Assembly (NCBI RefSeq): GCF_964204645.1
Contig: NC_134031.1
Span: 12,774,088 to 12,838,087 of the forward strand
Direction of reading: 5' to 3'
Source of the DNA: Tubulanus polymorphus
Taxonomy: Eukaryota > Animalia > Nemertea
DNA length: 64,000 nt
Part shown: piece by piece, positions 28,017 through 40,560 of the stretch
How the letters are laid out: each line of letters starts with the position of its first letter
Position numbering within the stretch: the first letter of the stretch is position 1
Notes under the pieces: model-generated
Seen by the model: only the letters and a program-made list of their open reading frames with translations
Told to the model about the DNA's origin: nothing
Databases searched by the model: none
Translations under genes and position numbers: made by a program

Positions 28017-28598
28017 TTAGGCCAGCCGTAGGCTGAGCCTATTACTATACAAATGGAGCGAATTTAAATGACATGGTTTCCAGAGCAAAGGCTCTTTTAC
28101 TGTGCAACTGAGCATATATTCATACAAATCATTCATTAAAGCATCATCCATTCTGCAAATTCCGGGGAAAATAGGTTTTTATATAAATCGGATAGATGAA
28201 CTTGATATGCTAATTAGCCATGTGCTCAGACTTCAAATTCAATCAAATTTTATTACGCAAAAAATATCAAATTCAATCCAATTTTACTTTTTTGAACAAA
28301 TAAAAACATCAAATCCAATTCAATTTTGTTTTATTGAGCAAATTTCAGAAAATTCAATTCTATTCCGCATTAAAATCAATGAGACCAAGGGAAAAGATTT
28401 ATCTGAGGTATTTGTTCCTGCCAGATCCAGTCGCTGTCTGTGCTACTTTTGTATTCTATGATTGTATTGTGTAAATATTTAGGTATTGACTCTCAGCTGG
28501 GAGTGTATTTTGACAAATTTAACCCACAGAATGCATCATCATTTGCCATTTTATGAAAAGCTGACAGGCTGGCCATAGTGCCCCTTGGGGTTCTTGTT
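28017..28598. mobile_element. Family R2 short internally deleted copy
   Basis: Both R2 ends present: GGCCAGCC ... GGCTGGCC plus GCCCCTTGGGG hairpin and CTTGTT. Confidence 0.8.
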
Positions 28599-28609
28599 CA
28601 CATTTATAT

Positions 28610-29331
28610 AACAAAAAAATTACTCTACATCTTATAACTAACTCATAAATCACAGGAAAATTATTTAAATCAATTAAATAACCATTATGATTTCTTACTT
28701 CTAATTTAAATTATCAAATTGTGAAATACAAGGTTTAAAATCACATTCAGCTAAATAATAATTTATTTATGTTCCAAATTGTTTCACATTTTTTAATGGT
28801 AAAATATTTAAAATTCTAGAATTACAAGTTATATCTTTATTTGCTTCAAATGTTTTTGTAGGATCAATTAGATTGCAATAAATATAAAAATGGGTAAAAT
28901 GTATTTTATATGTGTAAGTATCAATATGTGAATGAGCTTTATCTGGAAGAATTCCAGTTTAGCTAAAGGTTTTCTTACCAAAAATCTACGTTTTTCATTA
29001 TCTACTTCTATTCTTCTTTTATTCGAACTATCACTTTTAATAAATTTAATTTTAAACTCACTAGATGCGTCCATTTTTAAACCAACTCTTTTATTAAATT
29101 CTTGCGCTAATGATTCTAAATTATATAATCCAGGCTTGAAATTTTTAAAGCTAAATGATCAAGACTTTTATTCGATATATTATGAAAAGAATTACATAAA
29201 CTTATATTTACTAATTTTAAATCAACACAATCTTTGAATTCTCTATCTAATTGCACTAGTAAATTATGAGATTTATGATTTGTAAGTTTTCTAGAATCAA
29301 CATATATTCTATATTCTTTTAATTCAACCAT
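28610..29331 (-). pseudogene. Minor capsid (penton-like, single jelly-roll) protein, frameshifted
   Basis: N-terminus IYVDSRK..LLVQLD..LKLVNISLCNSFHNI; middle PGLYNLESL; C-terminus FYIYCNLID..SRILNILPL..G..INY..FKPC..FDNLNLEVRNHNG..DLNNFPVIYELVI. Matches the Polinton/PLV penton pattern as I know it. Confidence 0.7.
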
Positions 29332-29510
29332 TTAATTTATTGATTTTTACAATCGAATAGAAATAATAATTCACTGTTTCATCTTAACTTTTATTTTTCA
29401 AAAAGAGCAAAAATCGAAAAAAAATATTTACAAAATTTATTCTAATTCAATATCTATGTTGGAGCAATATATGATTTATTTCGGGTACTTGATATTAAGT
29501 TATATTTTTT

Positions 29511-30750
29511 TTAGCCCACTTGGGACTTTAGTCCCAGCGGGCTATTGCGTTCACTTTTCGTCCGTCGTCCGTCCGTAGACGGAATCCCGTTATTTTGGGA
29601 AGTTTTGAAGATGTTTCAATGTAATGTCTTGATATTTGGGTTACACATGTATCTACCCTAGACACATCTTCAGCCAAAAAACTGGCCCTGTCAGAATCAA
29701 GATGGCCGACTGGCAGCCATTGTTGTTCGCAAAAATCAGCACTTTTTACAAATTTTTGAACTTTTTGAGGGAAATTTTGAAGACGCTTAGATCAATTGCC
29801 TTGATGTTTCGTAAGTATTTGATTCCCCCAAGGGCCCATCAGCTTAAGAAACATTATGTTGATCGGACTCAAGATGGCCGTCATATGACCTTTTTAGTGC
29901 CCAAAAATGTCAATTTTGGCCCGAATTCTGAGTTCTGTAGCGTCCTACTGGTTTTCCATTTCTTATTGCAATTTGTGATGGATATTCTTTGGAAAGGGAT
30001 CTTTTATACCTTAGACAGGTATTTTTGATCAGCCAATTATGACACAATTGGCGGCCATTTTGGTGTCATCAGTACTGATTCGTAGGTGGGAGAAAGTTTT
30101 TCCACATTATATTGATACCTAAGCATATTGTGTTACCACAATCGATTGGAAAGTTGTAGCTCACAATGTGTTCTATGATTGTGGTGAGTTTCAAGGTCAT
30201 TGGTTTTTGTATATGGCCACCAGGGGTCGTTGAATAATACAATAACTTAGTATTCCTATGCATATTTTGTTACCACAATCACATGCAAAGTTGTAGGTCA
30301 AGACATCATCTATGATTGAGGTGAGTTTTAAGGACATAAGTTACTCTATATGGACACCGGGGTGTGTTGAATAGTAAAAGAACTTAGTATTTCCTTATTA
30401 GATTGGTACCAAGGCATATTTTGTTACCATGATCAATTGCAAAGTTGTAGTTCATGACATGTTCTATGATTGTGGTGAGTTTCAAGGTCATTGGGTTTTG
30501 CATATGGTCTCCAGGAGGCGTTGAATAGTATTAACTTAGCATTTCCTTAATTAATAAGTAACGAGGCATATTTTGTTATCACAGTCAATAACAAAATCGT
30601 AGCTGCTGACATGTTCTATGATTTTGGTGAGTTTCAAGGTCATTGGTTTTTGTATATGGTCTCCAGGGGGCGTTGAATATTGAAATTGTTAGATTGTTGA
30701 GCACTTGAAACCACTTGCTAAGTGGGCATGGTGTCCCTGGACCCCTAGTT
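29511..30750. mobile_element. Family R1 copy 3
   Basis: Same termini as copy 1, four internal repeats. Confidence 0.85.
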
Positions 30751-30772
30751 TTCTTTTTTCAATTATTTCATA

Positions 30773-32590
30773 TTATTCAGGTTCAATAAATTCTATTAAA
30801 TGGCAACCATCATCTTTTCCATTATATTTCAAATAAACATTATTATTACTTAAATCAACAAATTCTTCATCCGATAATTGAATATTTCTTTCAGGCAATA
30901 TAGTTCTACATTTAATTTTTAGCATTGGTTGACGTCTATGACGTCATGCCAATGCTAGTAAAATGGATCGAAAATAGTAGTACGAAAAAATAGCGCCGAC
31001 TCTTCTCATTTTCATAGTAACTTCAAATTGTCACTCCGTTCACGTAAAACATTAGAAACGGCTGAAAATGACTAAAAAAAATGTTTCAATTATTCCCCAC
31101 AACATAGCGTCGCCAGATTTCTGATTTAATGGTCCAAAAAGTTTTTCGATCGCATTTTTCTCGTTCATTATCTGGTAGATGAGAGCGGGTTAAACAATCC
31201 CGTAGCGATATGTCCGCATTGACATTGGCAGTAAAGAATGGGGAACAGCCTCTTCTGAATAGAAAAACATAAAATTATGTAGCTCCAGTTTATAAATATC
31301 ACAGTGTTTGGATATCACTGTTATTCCAACTATCAGTATCCATGGGATTATTTGGGATTAATTCTCAGTGTCAGAATACGTATTTCTAGAGCAGTGGAAC
31401 AACAGCCTACCCGTATGTGATCGTGCGGGAACGCCTTTACTAAAGTTAAGACGATTTCATGATGACACGAAACATCAAATGGTAAACGGTAGGCTACCAC
31501 CATGATACGATATCACCAATAAAGATAGATCATTTTATTCAATTTTACCAGAGTTGTTTATTGGAGGAAAATATCATTGTTAAGTACGCCGCACTCATAA
31601 GGCGGTAGCACCCTCTTACGCACTCGGCAGAGATTCGCTTTGTAGTGCGCGCCGGGAAAAAATGCCTTTTATTATCTTCTCCATGCGTTAAACAACAGTG
31701 ATTGTTTTTACGCGTTGTTTGTCGTAAATTGCAATATTGCGATGGTTATTTGCCGCTGCTGTAGTTTTTTGGAATTGAATCGAGTGGCCTCGGTAGCTCA
31801 GTGAGATAAGGCGTGATGCTGTTGAATCCACTATCATTGCTTCGAGTCCTGCTGGCTGCGAACAGTGTGCGGGCAACACTTCAAAGGCCATACCGTCGTG
31901 AGGTTAAATGAACAATCCAATAGGAATAGTCTTGGTAAACCAAGATCCAAACGACGTACGTAAAGCCAAACAAACAAAAAGACAAACAAACAATCATCAG
32001 CCGGCCTCAGTGACACCAACGCCGGCATCGCTCTCTGCGACGTTTTGCATGCGTACATGCATCAGAGCTTGGAGCTCTAAGATCAGAGGGTCTTGCAATT
32101 GCATTCCGAAAAATTGTTCTGTTTTTGTTTTCATTATTCAGTGGGGCCTAACAGTTTATGCGTAAAAATGGGTTTTTGTATCCAAATCTTGATTGATATA
32201 AATATCTTGGCTGGGACATGATGGAAAACATCAGAATAAACTAGTTTCATCTTTTTAACAGAATCGCATTAATGAGTTTTAACAGTACAAATAGCCTTGG
32301 CTAAATCGTTCGGCAGAAAATATATTCATTTTCAGGAATAAAATCGTACTAGACAAATAGACCTTTAAGTCTCTGGTCCTCCCAATCAACATCGTCTTAG
32401 AAGATTTGCCGGCAGATGTAAAACATTATAACCACTTAATACCACAGTATAATCTACCAATGCTTCAAGGCCCATGGGCCTCTTGTTTAAATGTAAATTC
32501 CAATTTTTCAGGCGCGAATCTTGTATTTAATTTATCTAATTTCTTTGAGAATATTTCATTGCTTTTTACTTTGGTTTGTTTGCTCTCCAT
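30773..32590 (-). pseudogene. Small terminal ORF homolog (element B), split by R3
   Basis: MESKQTKVKSNEIFSKKLDK... (32590-32488) and KCRTILPERNIQLSDEEFVDL..YLKYNGKDDGCHLIEF (30918-30773). Confidence 0.65.
30919..32487. mobile_element. Helentron/DINE-like family R3
   Basis: 5' TTAGCATTGG...CCAATGCTA. 3' CCAATGCT plus GGCCCATGGGCC hairpin and TCTTGTT. T-rich target. Confidence 0.7.
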
Positions 32591-32767
32591 TTATATAGGA
32601 AGAATTTACCAAATGTATTTTACCTACCCTACCTCATTTCTACCTAATGTATTTTACCTACCTTACCTCATGCCTACCTAAATATGTTTTAATCAAATTA
32701 GATTTATTAAATTCAATACAACATTTACAATTTCTTGATATTTTATAGATTGAATTTTAAAACAAAT

Positions 32768-33136
32768 TTATGGTAATAACTGCTTACATTGATCACAATA
32801 TTTATCATCATTTTCATTTTCATTTTCTTCATCTAAACTCTTTAAATATTCTCTATATTGTTTTATCCTTTCTCTAGATTGTTTTTGCATTGCACTCGTA
32901 CACATTTTGCATTTATATACTAAACCATCAATTGTTCCTTTTCTTTTATGAAATTCCGAATAATTTTTAAATTCGCCACAACCTAGACATCTTTTCATAT
33001 CAAATATTTCATCTGTACATAGTTTACACTTAATATTTATATCTCTAACCTTAGTATAAAAGTCATCAATTATCTTTACTCTTCTACAAAAATGGCAAAA
33101 TCTATCGCGATTTTCAAGTGTATTATAATCTCCCAT
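32768..33136 (-). CDS. Cys-rich protein with repeated CxxC pairs (similar to the HNH N-terminal Zn domain)
   Basis: CHFC..CKLC..CLGC..EFHKRKGTIDGLVYKCKMC..CDQC. TAAATG start. Confidence 0.6.
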   Translation of the reverse strand: MGDYNTLENRDRFCHFCRRVKIIDDFYTKVRDINIKCKLCTDEIFDMKRCLGCGEFKNYSEFHKRKGTIDGLVYKCKMCTSAMQKQSRERIKQYREYLKSLDEENENENDDKYCDQCKQLLP

Positions 33137-33470
33137 TTATATAGAAATGTATTTTATATACCCCTAACCCTAGATAATCGAGTGTGAGAAAGTATGAATG
33201 TGAGGGTGAGAGTGAAGTGTGTATTTGGGTACTTTTTGCTCCAATTGCAAGCTTTAAACAGGTTCACCCTGCTAATATATGTTAAAAAATAATTGTGTAT
33301 GTACTACTTTATTATGTATGACTCATGTTTATTAGCAAAATAAAGAATAATGATAATGATTTTGGACCTTGTGTTATTAGATCAGATTGATAATTAATGA
33401 TTTGACATTCCGTGACAGAAATTGTACATCTTTTTACACATGCGAAATTTCACGTGAAGTTAACCGTTAT

Positions 33471-33823
33471 CTATGGTGGCTGATTCGGGCCATACTAAAA
33501 AAAATTTTTCTGACGGCTAGAGCAAAAATAAAAAAATTTTCACATTGGCCCGTTTTTTGGTTTTCTCGCACGAGAATTCAAAACTTTTGGTTTTCTCGCG
33601 CGAGAAAACAAAAAATGGGCCATTGTAAAATATTTTTATCCAGCTTCTAGTCAGTCAGAAAAATTTTTCAAACCAAAATGTTTAGTTGTCTCGCGCAAGA
33701 AAAGCAAAAGTTTTGAGTTCTCCCGCGTGAAAACCAAAAAATGGGCCAATGTGAGAATTGTTTTATCGTTGCTTTAGCCGTACAGCAAAAATTTTTTAGT
33801 ATGGCCCGAAACAGCCACCATAG
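33471..33823. mobile_element. Near-palindromic foldback MITE
   Basis: CTATGGTGGCTGATTCGGGCCATACTAAAAAA...TTTTTTAGTATGGCCCGAAACAGCCACCATAG, with long complementary arms. Confidence 0.8.
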
Positions 33824-33925
33824 TTTTATCCCACATGTGAATTGGATTAATCATTCAAAATTGTGTAAAATCAATTGCTAATGAACCAATTAACAGTATA
33901 TTATACTATGTATGCCTTATTTCAG

Positions 33926-34010
33926 AGATTGATGTCTTGTATACTGGCTCACAAAAAGTTATCAGCGCTCCATCTGGAACAGCGCCTATATCTTTCAGTC
34001 CCCGTGCTAG
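33926..34010 (+). CDS. AGXT: AGXT exon b (PLP-binding lysine)
   Basis: ttcag acceptor and gtaggt donor. Phase matches exon a. Encodes (E)IDVLYTGSQKVISAPSGTAPISFSPRA. Confidence 0.93.
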
Positions 34011-34093
34011 GTAGGTTAATTAGTATCATATCTAACCTTGTAAGCTTTTGTGGACAAATATCTAAAAAGGACTGCAAACTATTCTAATTGTAG

Positions 34094-34259
34094 AGCTAAA
34101 GTTGATAGCCGCAAACACCGTGTGCAATCGTTTTACTTTGACATCAATCACCTTGCCAATTATTGGGGAGTTGACGGTCAACCGAGACGCTATCATCACA
34201 CCTGTCCCACATCAAATTTGTACATGCTAAGAGAGGGACTTGCTAGACTTGCAGAGGAG
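34094..34259 (+). CDS. AGXT: AGXT exon c
   Basis: ttgtag acceptor and gtatgt donor. Encodes SFYFDINHLANYWGVDGQPRRYHHTCPTSNLYMLREGLARLAEE. Confidence 0.93.
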
Positions 34260-34551
34260 GTATGTTCTTTTCAGCATCAAAAGCATGTTTTAGCTCTCTT
34301 ACAACTGCTCTAGTAATGGAAGCTTGATCACTTGATCACTTTAGTTTGGCAAGACGCCAAATTTCAGGTCAATCCAATGAAAGTTGATGTGGGTTTTGTA
34401 GCTGGCAGTAGATTAGAATTGCTGAAGAGTACTCTCTGCATCTGCACTAAGCATCTCACTTTGAAGATGGTGATTGTGACACCATTCTCTGCATGTATCA
34501 GGGATGAGAATTCCCTGCGCATCAGCAGTGTCCCGCATTTCAATGTATTTT

Positions 34552-37500
34552 CAGGTATTTCAACACTGATTTGAGCTATAAATCGGATCCGTTTTCTACT
34601 ATCTGCGCGAAGTAGATACGCGATCACGTAATGACTTTTTGCGCGAGTTGTTGCTTCGCGCAGAATAAACCTGCGCGAGCTGTGATGAACAGGTGCGCGA
34701 TCGCTATTTGCGCGAGTTGTGATGAACAGATTTTACTTTATTCAATTGATTATGCAGCGAACTGTTAAAACATCAATATTAATAAGAGTAAGATTTTCCA
34801 CTATTTGAATTTGTCAAGAAGCGATATTTAGAAACGTTATTACTTGTAAATTATCGCTAAAAGCTAAAGATTTGATGGTTTTGATTTTATATGCCTAATG
34901 ACGATGATTATATTGATGTAGTGTATCAAACTTGTAAATTGTAGTGTATCAAAATAGTGATACGGTACGTGAAAGGTAGCTTAATTACCTTTATTTGTTT
35001 ATTAATCCTAATGTCATGAAATAATCCTGGTCTTGTTATATGATTACATTAGTGTATTCCAACATGTGCCCAAGACGATGTCCTAAAGTAAACTGAACGG
35101 TTCTGTTCTGGCCCAAGCTTATATTTTATTAATTCTATCGCGCGCACGAACTTTATTACATTTGATCGCGCGCGAGAACTTTATTACATTTGATTGTGCG
35201 CGCGGACTTAAAGCCCGGCGCACACGAGGCAATTTTTAGTCGTCGTGTTGCGACCGATCTTATCTCACGAAATGCCGCACACCTCGTTCAAAAATCTAAA
35301 AATATTAACCATTTTTTTATCACTTTCACTTATCCGCAAAGAATAACCGCATATCCTGATTTCTTCGAAAATTTCTCAGCATACTTCGTTGCCATATGCC
35401 ACGCATGTCATAGGTCTGCAGTCATCTTTTTTGAGTCTTTATCCATGTCGTTAATCATTGGTCGTTGAGCGTTGGTCGTTTTCCGTTGTAAATGATGTTG
35501 TAAGTGATGTTAAGTGTTTGAAGAATCAAAGAATACTGTTTAATGTGCTGAGAAATTGCAGATTTTTATACGGTACTTCTATCATTGTCTTCAGAGTTTT
35601 AAGAACAATTAGTTTACACAGCTCTTCTAGATACGATGACTATTAAGAAATTAGGGTTCCTGGTACGATTGGCAAACATTGTGCCGGTATTTTAAAATAA
35701 ATGGGCGAATGGGATTACTAATTAGGCACATGCCACAATTTCTGCTTCGTTTAACATTTTGGCTACTTATTGTAAGAATTACTCGCATTTGAAACTAAAA
35801 GAATACCGGTATCGATAATAATGATTTCTTTGTTCGTTACCTCAGGTGCCAACACTGGACTGGTACTTAGTTTAAAAATGCATTTACATAGTAGTTTATA
35901 CTAGACTTATAATTAGTTAATGGCAGAAATTCATAATAAATGTGTATATACATAGTAATCAAATTATATCCAGTCAGGCGTATTCCATCCGACGGCCAGG
36001 TGCCTTCAGAAAATAATGCCCGTCTGCTCTCCTTCTCAACCGCACCGAAGAGATTACATACCATTTTTCCAACCCTCGAATTCATTTATTTTAACTTATC
36101 CAATGATCACAATTCCCATAATGAACGGTATTTAATTTTGTGTAAATAGTAATATACAATATAAGCCGAAATATCATCTTTCTTATTTATGTTCTTTATC
36201 ATAATTAGTACATTCAAATTTAAACACACAAACTTTTAATAATTAAGATAATAAAACTCTTTAATATTACTCTTTAATATTACTCCTTAATAATTGATTT
36301 ATCAGACTAAGGGTCAGCGAGTGTTTCATAAAGTATGTTTCATAATTGCTCATTTCCACGAATTCTTCTCATGACTACAGCGCCGTAATTACCTTCAAAT
36401 GATTTAGATTGCTCGCCTGATACAAGTATGAATGTTTCAGACAAACAACCATTAAGGCGGATAATGTATTATCTTGCATAACGAAACAATGCATGTATTC
36501 TCCCAGGACATACCAAGAAACCTACGTATATAAATCGATTGATCTTTTTGAGAATACAATTCAGCTGCGAATCAATGACTTATTTATTGACCTAAAAGAC
36601 AATTTTGATAATTAGATTAATGCAAATGATAAATATCAAATATAATCATATGTATATAATGCAGGTAGGAGAACGAATTTTTGGCAAAAAATTAGGGCTT
36701 CCTTAAATTACAAATAGAAATGCTGACGAACTCATTTTCTTAGCTGTCGGGTCTAAAAATTACTTGTTTGTATAATTATCTAAATACTTTATACATAAGT
36801 GGCCGGCTATGTTTAAAATAAACTTGGGGAAAATGAGAAATTAGGTATAATTTTTTGTCCTATATCGCGCAATAAATGAATCCAAAAACTAGAAAATGCT
36901 AACTACAGACCACTAAAAGATACAGTGAAATCTTTTTTCTCTTCAATCTGTGGGTGTTTAACATTAACGTTTAACGTGTTATTTTGATATTTTTTTATAT
37001 ACATGTATAATGTTTAGTCAAAGTGTTTACACGTGTATGACTTCATTAGTAATGAACAAAATTGTTATTTAAAACTCGTCTTTTCTCTCGATCAGTATAC
37101 GTGTATTTAATGTTCTCTGCTAAAATGTTTGTAGATATCTCGCATATGTACGCTAACAATTCCAAACACAAGCAATTTATACTCGTTTATTGTCACTCAC
37201 GTTACATGTATTCAACTCTTGTCATAGGTAATTACCCCTAGTTTGTTTTGCTTTTTTAATCCTCTTAGTTTGCTTCTGTCCTAATTACTTACGTTTGTGG
37301 CGGACTTCATTTTTCGTTGTCGAGAAATCCTTTGAAAAAAATTGTCACTTTTATCCCGCTCGCCCGAAAAATCATCGCACTAATTAGAGGTGAAATAAAA
37401 TCCACGCGCCCGCAACGGAAGTCTTAGATAATACGAAGTACCGGGTCTAATTACCTCGCGCAACTGATCATGAAAATATCCTAACTGCGCGAAGTAACAA

Positions 37501-37574
37501 CTAGCGCAACTGATCATTACTCGATCGCGTAACTGGTTCGCGCAGATCGTCAGTTTCTGATCTTTAAATACCTG
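34552..37574. mobile_element. Putative non-autonomous DNA transposon
   Basis: Short TIR CAGGTATTT/AAATACCTG and clustered TGCGCGA/TCGCGCA subterminal motifs at both ends. TSD degenerate. Confidence 0.45.
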
Positions 37575-37978
37575 CTGATTTTGTATCTATGTATGTATCT
37601 GATTTTGTGTATGCATTGTTATGAATTTGTATCGTAATGCATATAGGCCTACTAACTGTTGACGCACACGTACGTAGTGAATGCCTTCAGATAGCATACG
37701 ATGATAGTATAGAATGATTCTTAGTCAGCATCATCGGCGCATTTTTACTACAATTATCCAGGGCTCGATCCATAATGCATGAGATGCTGATTGTCATGGA
37801 ATGAAGATGTGCCATATTGGAAATAGCCATTACCTTACAAAATATAATTCTCGTTCATGGGTTCAAGATCGCTCTGAGTACTCGGTTAACGTTTTAATTT
37901 GCAAAAACTCTCAGCTGGTTCGCATATGTAACCTATGTAAAAAACAGCGGATTTTATAGTTATGCGTTCTTATCCCTG

Positions 37979-38185
37979 ATGTATGAAGAGTTTGTCAACC
38001 ATGTATCAGTAGTTTCAAAATCAGATTCAAATCTGTTTGATAAGACCAATGATCGGTTAGATACATTTTACTATGAAAGGTTAAAAAACAAGATTGAATA
38101 TTCTAAAGTGTGGCAGGTAGTGAGAAACCTTTTGCTTTCTTACGACCATGCTACGGTTGAAAGGGGTTTTAGCGTGGATCGTCAG
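37979..38185 (+). pseudogene. hAT-like transposase C-terminal fragment
   Basis: RLDTFY...VWQVVRNLLLSYDHATVERGFS resembles the hAT dimerisation-region ExxFS motif. Confidence 0.55.
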
Positions 38186-38445
38186 GTGCGGCGTAGGAGC
38201 TCGTTTTTAGGGATCAATAGTTTAATGGTTAAATATTTCTATAACGTTATTATATTATTATCGGTGGCTTGCGCCTCAGCGGTCACATAGCTCTATCGCT
38301 GTATTAAAGCATTTCTCGCAGTTAACCCGGCCTCTGAGCCCTCGTCGTTGGAAGTGTCGGATCATGGGACATGTGTCATCGGAGCCGAGGATCCAACAAG
38401 GTGGAAGTAGTAAATCTTGAGGAACCAACATTGTTAAACACAAAA

Positions 38446-40560
38446 GCATGATGACGTTGAATGGGGATGGCAATCCAAATGAAGACGAAATAGCTGAATT
38501 AACATCGCAAAAGAGAAGTCGTGCTGGTTACAAGGCAACCTTGATGAGGAATAGAAGAGATTCGAAAATTGATGTCCAGTGAACCAAACGTTGACGAAGT
38601 AGAAACTCGGCTGAACGAGATCAAGACATGCTGGAAAAACTTTGAAAAAAAGTCATGCTCTGTATGTCGCATTTCTAAAGAACTACAAAGACAAGGACCT
38701 GGCTGAAACATACTATGAGAAGGAAGAAGAAGCTTATTCGGTATTCAGTAGAGGAGCTGAAAGATGGATATCAGACTTACGCCAGGATTTCGTCACGCCT
38801 CACGACTCAGTCAGTTGTACTAGCAGTAGCTATAGTAAGAGCAGTAAGAATAGCCTTAAAGTGATGCTGATCGAAGAATCCGCCTGAAAAAGGGTTAAGA
38901 AGCAAAACTTGCTGCTCTAGAAATCGAGAGACAACTGTCAGAATGAAGATTGGTATTGAAACAAGAGGAGGAAAGACTCAGAATGGAAGAACGAGAACTT
39001 AAAGGGTAACTGACACTTTTTTTTAAATTTCAAAATATGATGTATTCTATTGATCTTTACGCTCATCTTCAACCGTTCTGTTCCAAAATGTTTAGTTTAC
39101 GTTCAATTTGTGATTTTGTAATAAGATTTTTGACCTCATTTCGTTGTTTACATCGCTTACTGTTCAGCGTCGGCTAAATCAGCAGATGCGCGCTGCAACG
39201 TCATTAAAGGCAGAGCTGAGAAATAGTGTCTATAGAAATGCGTTGAATTTTTAGGAAACTGCGTGTATTTTCTGTTATATCTCAATGCCAGATTGTTTTA
39301 GAGCTTTGAAACTGGCCAGGGAGGCTAAAGGATTTATTGTCTATTGCATAAACCTATTTCAAAGAATCAATGAGTAATTTGAATAGGCTAAATCGATCAA
39401 ATTGAAGATGCAGATTACAATCCGCTGCTATGAAGCTATTAAAGTACACTCTGCTAAGCTCTCAGCATGGTTACTGCTGCTCCATAGTTCACCTATAGTT
39501 CAGCACCACAAGCATACTATACAGTGTCTTATAAGCGATCACAGATTTCGATCTCGCTAAAGAATAAATAGATTCATATTCGTTTACTATTTACTATTTT
39601 TCATAGTCATTTAAGAATAAGTAGTTTGAAAACTAACACTTCAAAACTCTACAAAAACTTTCAATAAATTTCTACAGCCTTTAACAACAAATATTCAAAG
39701 GAATAATGTTTTTCGATTAAAGTTTCACGCTGCAGAAGAGTTTTGATAGATTACATCACAAATCTTTCACAAACATTATTTCTATCTTATAAAATAGGAT
39801 GGATGGGGAAATACTCTAATTTTGTGACCAAAGCCGCTACCAATACGAGGTATATTTCAAGAAAAGAATTGAAATTGTTCTTGCGGCTAATTCTGTCTAA
39901 GTTTCATCAGTTTATAAGTCAAAATATTCTTAGATCTAACCATGATCTTACTTACTATCACTAAATGATAATACAAAACGATGATTTAAACATCCGTGTT
40001 CCTTGCTGTCTATTAGAAAATGCCATGGATTGCTATTCAAATCCTATTTTGCGCTTAGTTTGAACGGATATGGTCCGTTCAACAGCTAATTATAATCATT
40101 AATATGTAGACTTTCAAAATGAGGAGGCATTTTGTCTCAATTCGAATGCCAAATAGGCATTAAATTAAGTTGAATTGCTCTTGTAGCCTATTTCCTATTC
40201 ATTTCTATAGACATCATTTCCGAGCCGTCACTTTAGTGACGCAGTTCTATTAATAGACACAGTACCACGCGTTCAGCAGAAGCAATGTATACACTGAACA
40301 GGTGTGCGAACATCAAAATCATCAATTCTGACTAGATTGTAAAGATTTTTCCAATTATGAAATCACCTAGCCTTATTGTATACTATAATATATCGTTTAG
40401 TGTAAAAAGTAGAAAATCTTTAAAAAAGTGTCAGTTACCCTTTAAGCATCGCAAACAGTTATCCGAGGCTGCTGCTAAAGAAGATATCTTCAATAGGTAC
40501 GACGTTAAAGGTGTCAGCCTCGATCCTGAAGCACCAGCTTTTAATAACCCTTTTTAAATT
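38446..40560 (+). pseudogene. LTR-retrotransposon (BEL/Pao-like) gag N-terminal remnant, interrupted
   Basis: KRSRAGYKATL, PHDSVSCTSSSYSKSS, charged coiled coil, LDPEAPAF. Frameshifted. Confidence 0.4.
39003..40441. mobile_element. TTAA-target non-autonomous transposon (Kolobok-like)
   Basis: TTAA|AGGGTAACTGACACTTTTTT...AAAAAAGTGTCAGTTACCCT|TTAA. Confidence 0.88.

Larger units (their letters stand above)
18550..33200 (-). mobile_element. Polinton/Maverick element B (divergent subfamily, heavily interrupted)
   Basis: AT-rich minus-strand ORF islands between insertions: Cys-rich ORF, small terminal ORF, penton-like gene, two small membrane-type ORFs, and a divergent homolog of the 190-aa ORF at 20636-20790. 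Termini not defined. Confidence 0.7.

Noticed and set aside
4553-33239. Possible giant element TTTTGC|AGTAC...GTACT|TTTTGC enclosing A and B
   Set aside because: Only 5 bp of terminal complementarity, and 4559-7030 has no Polinton character. Probably chance, though worth a glance in an empty-site allele.
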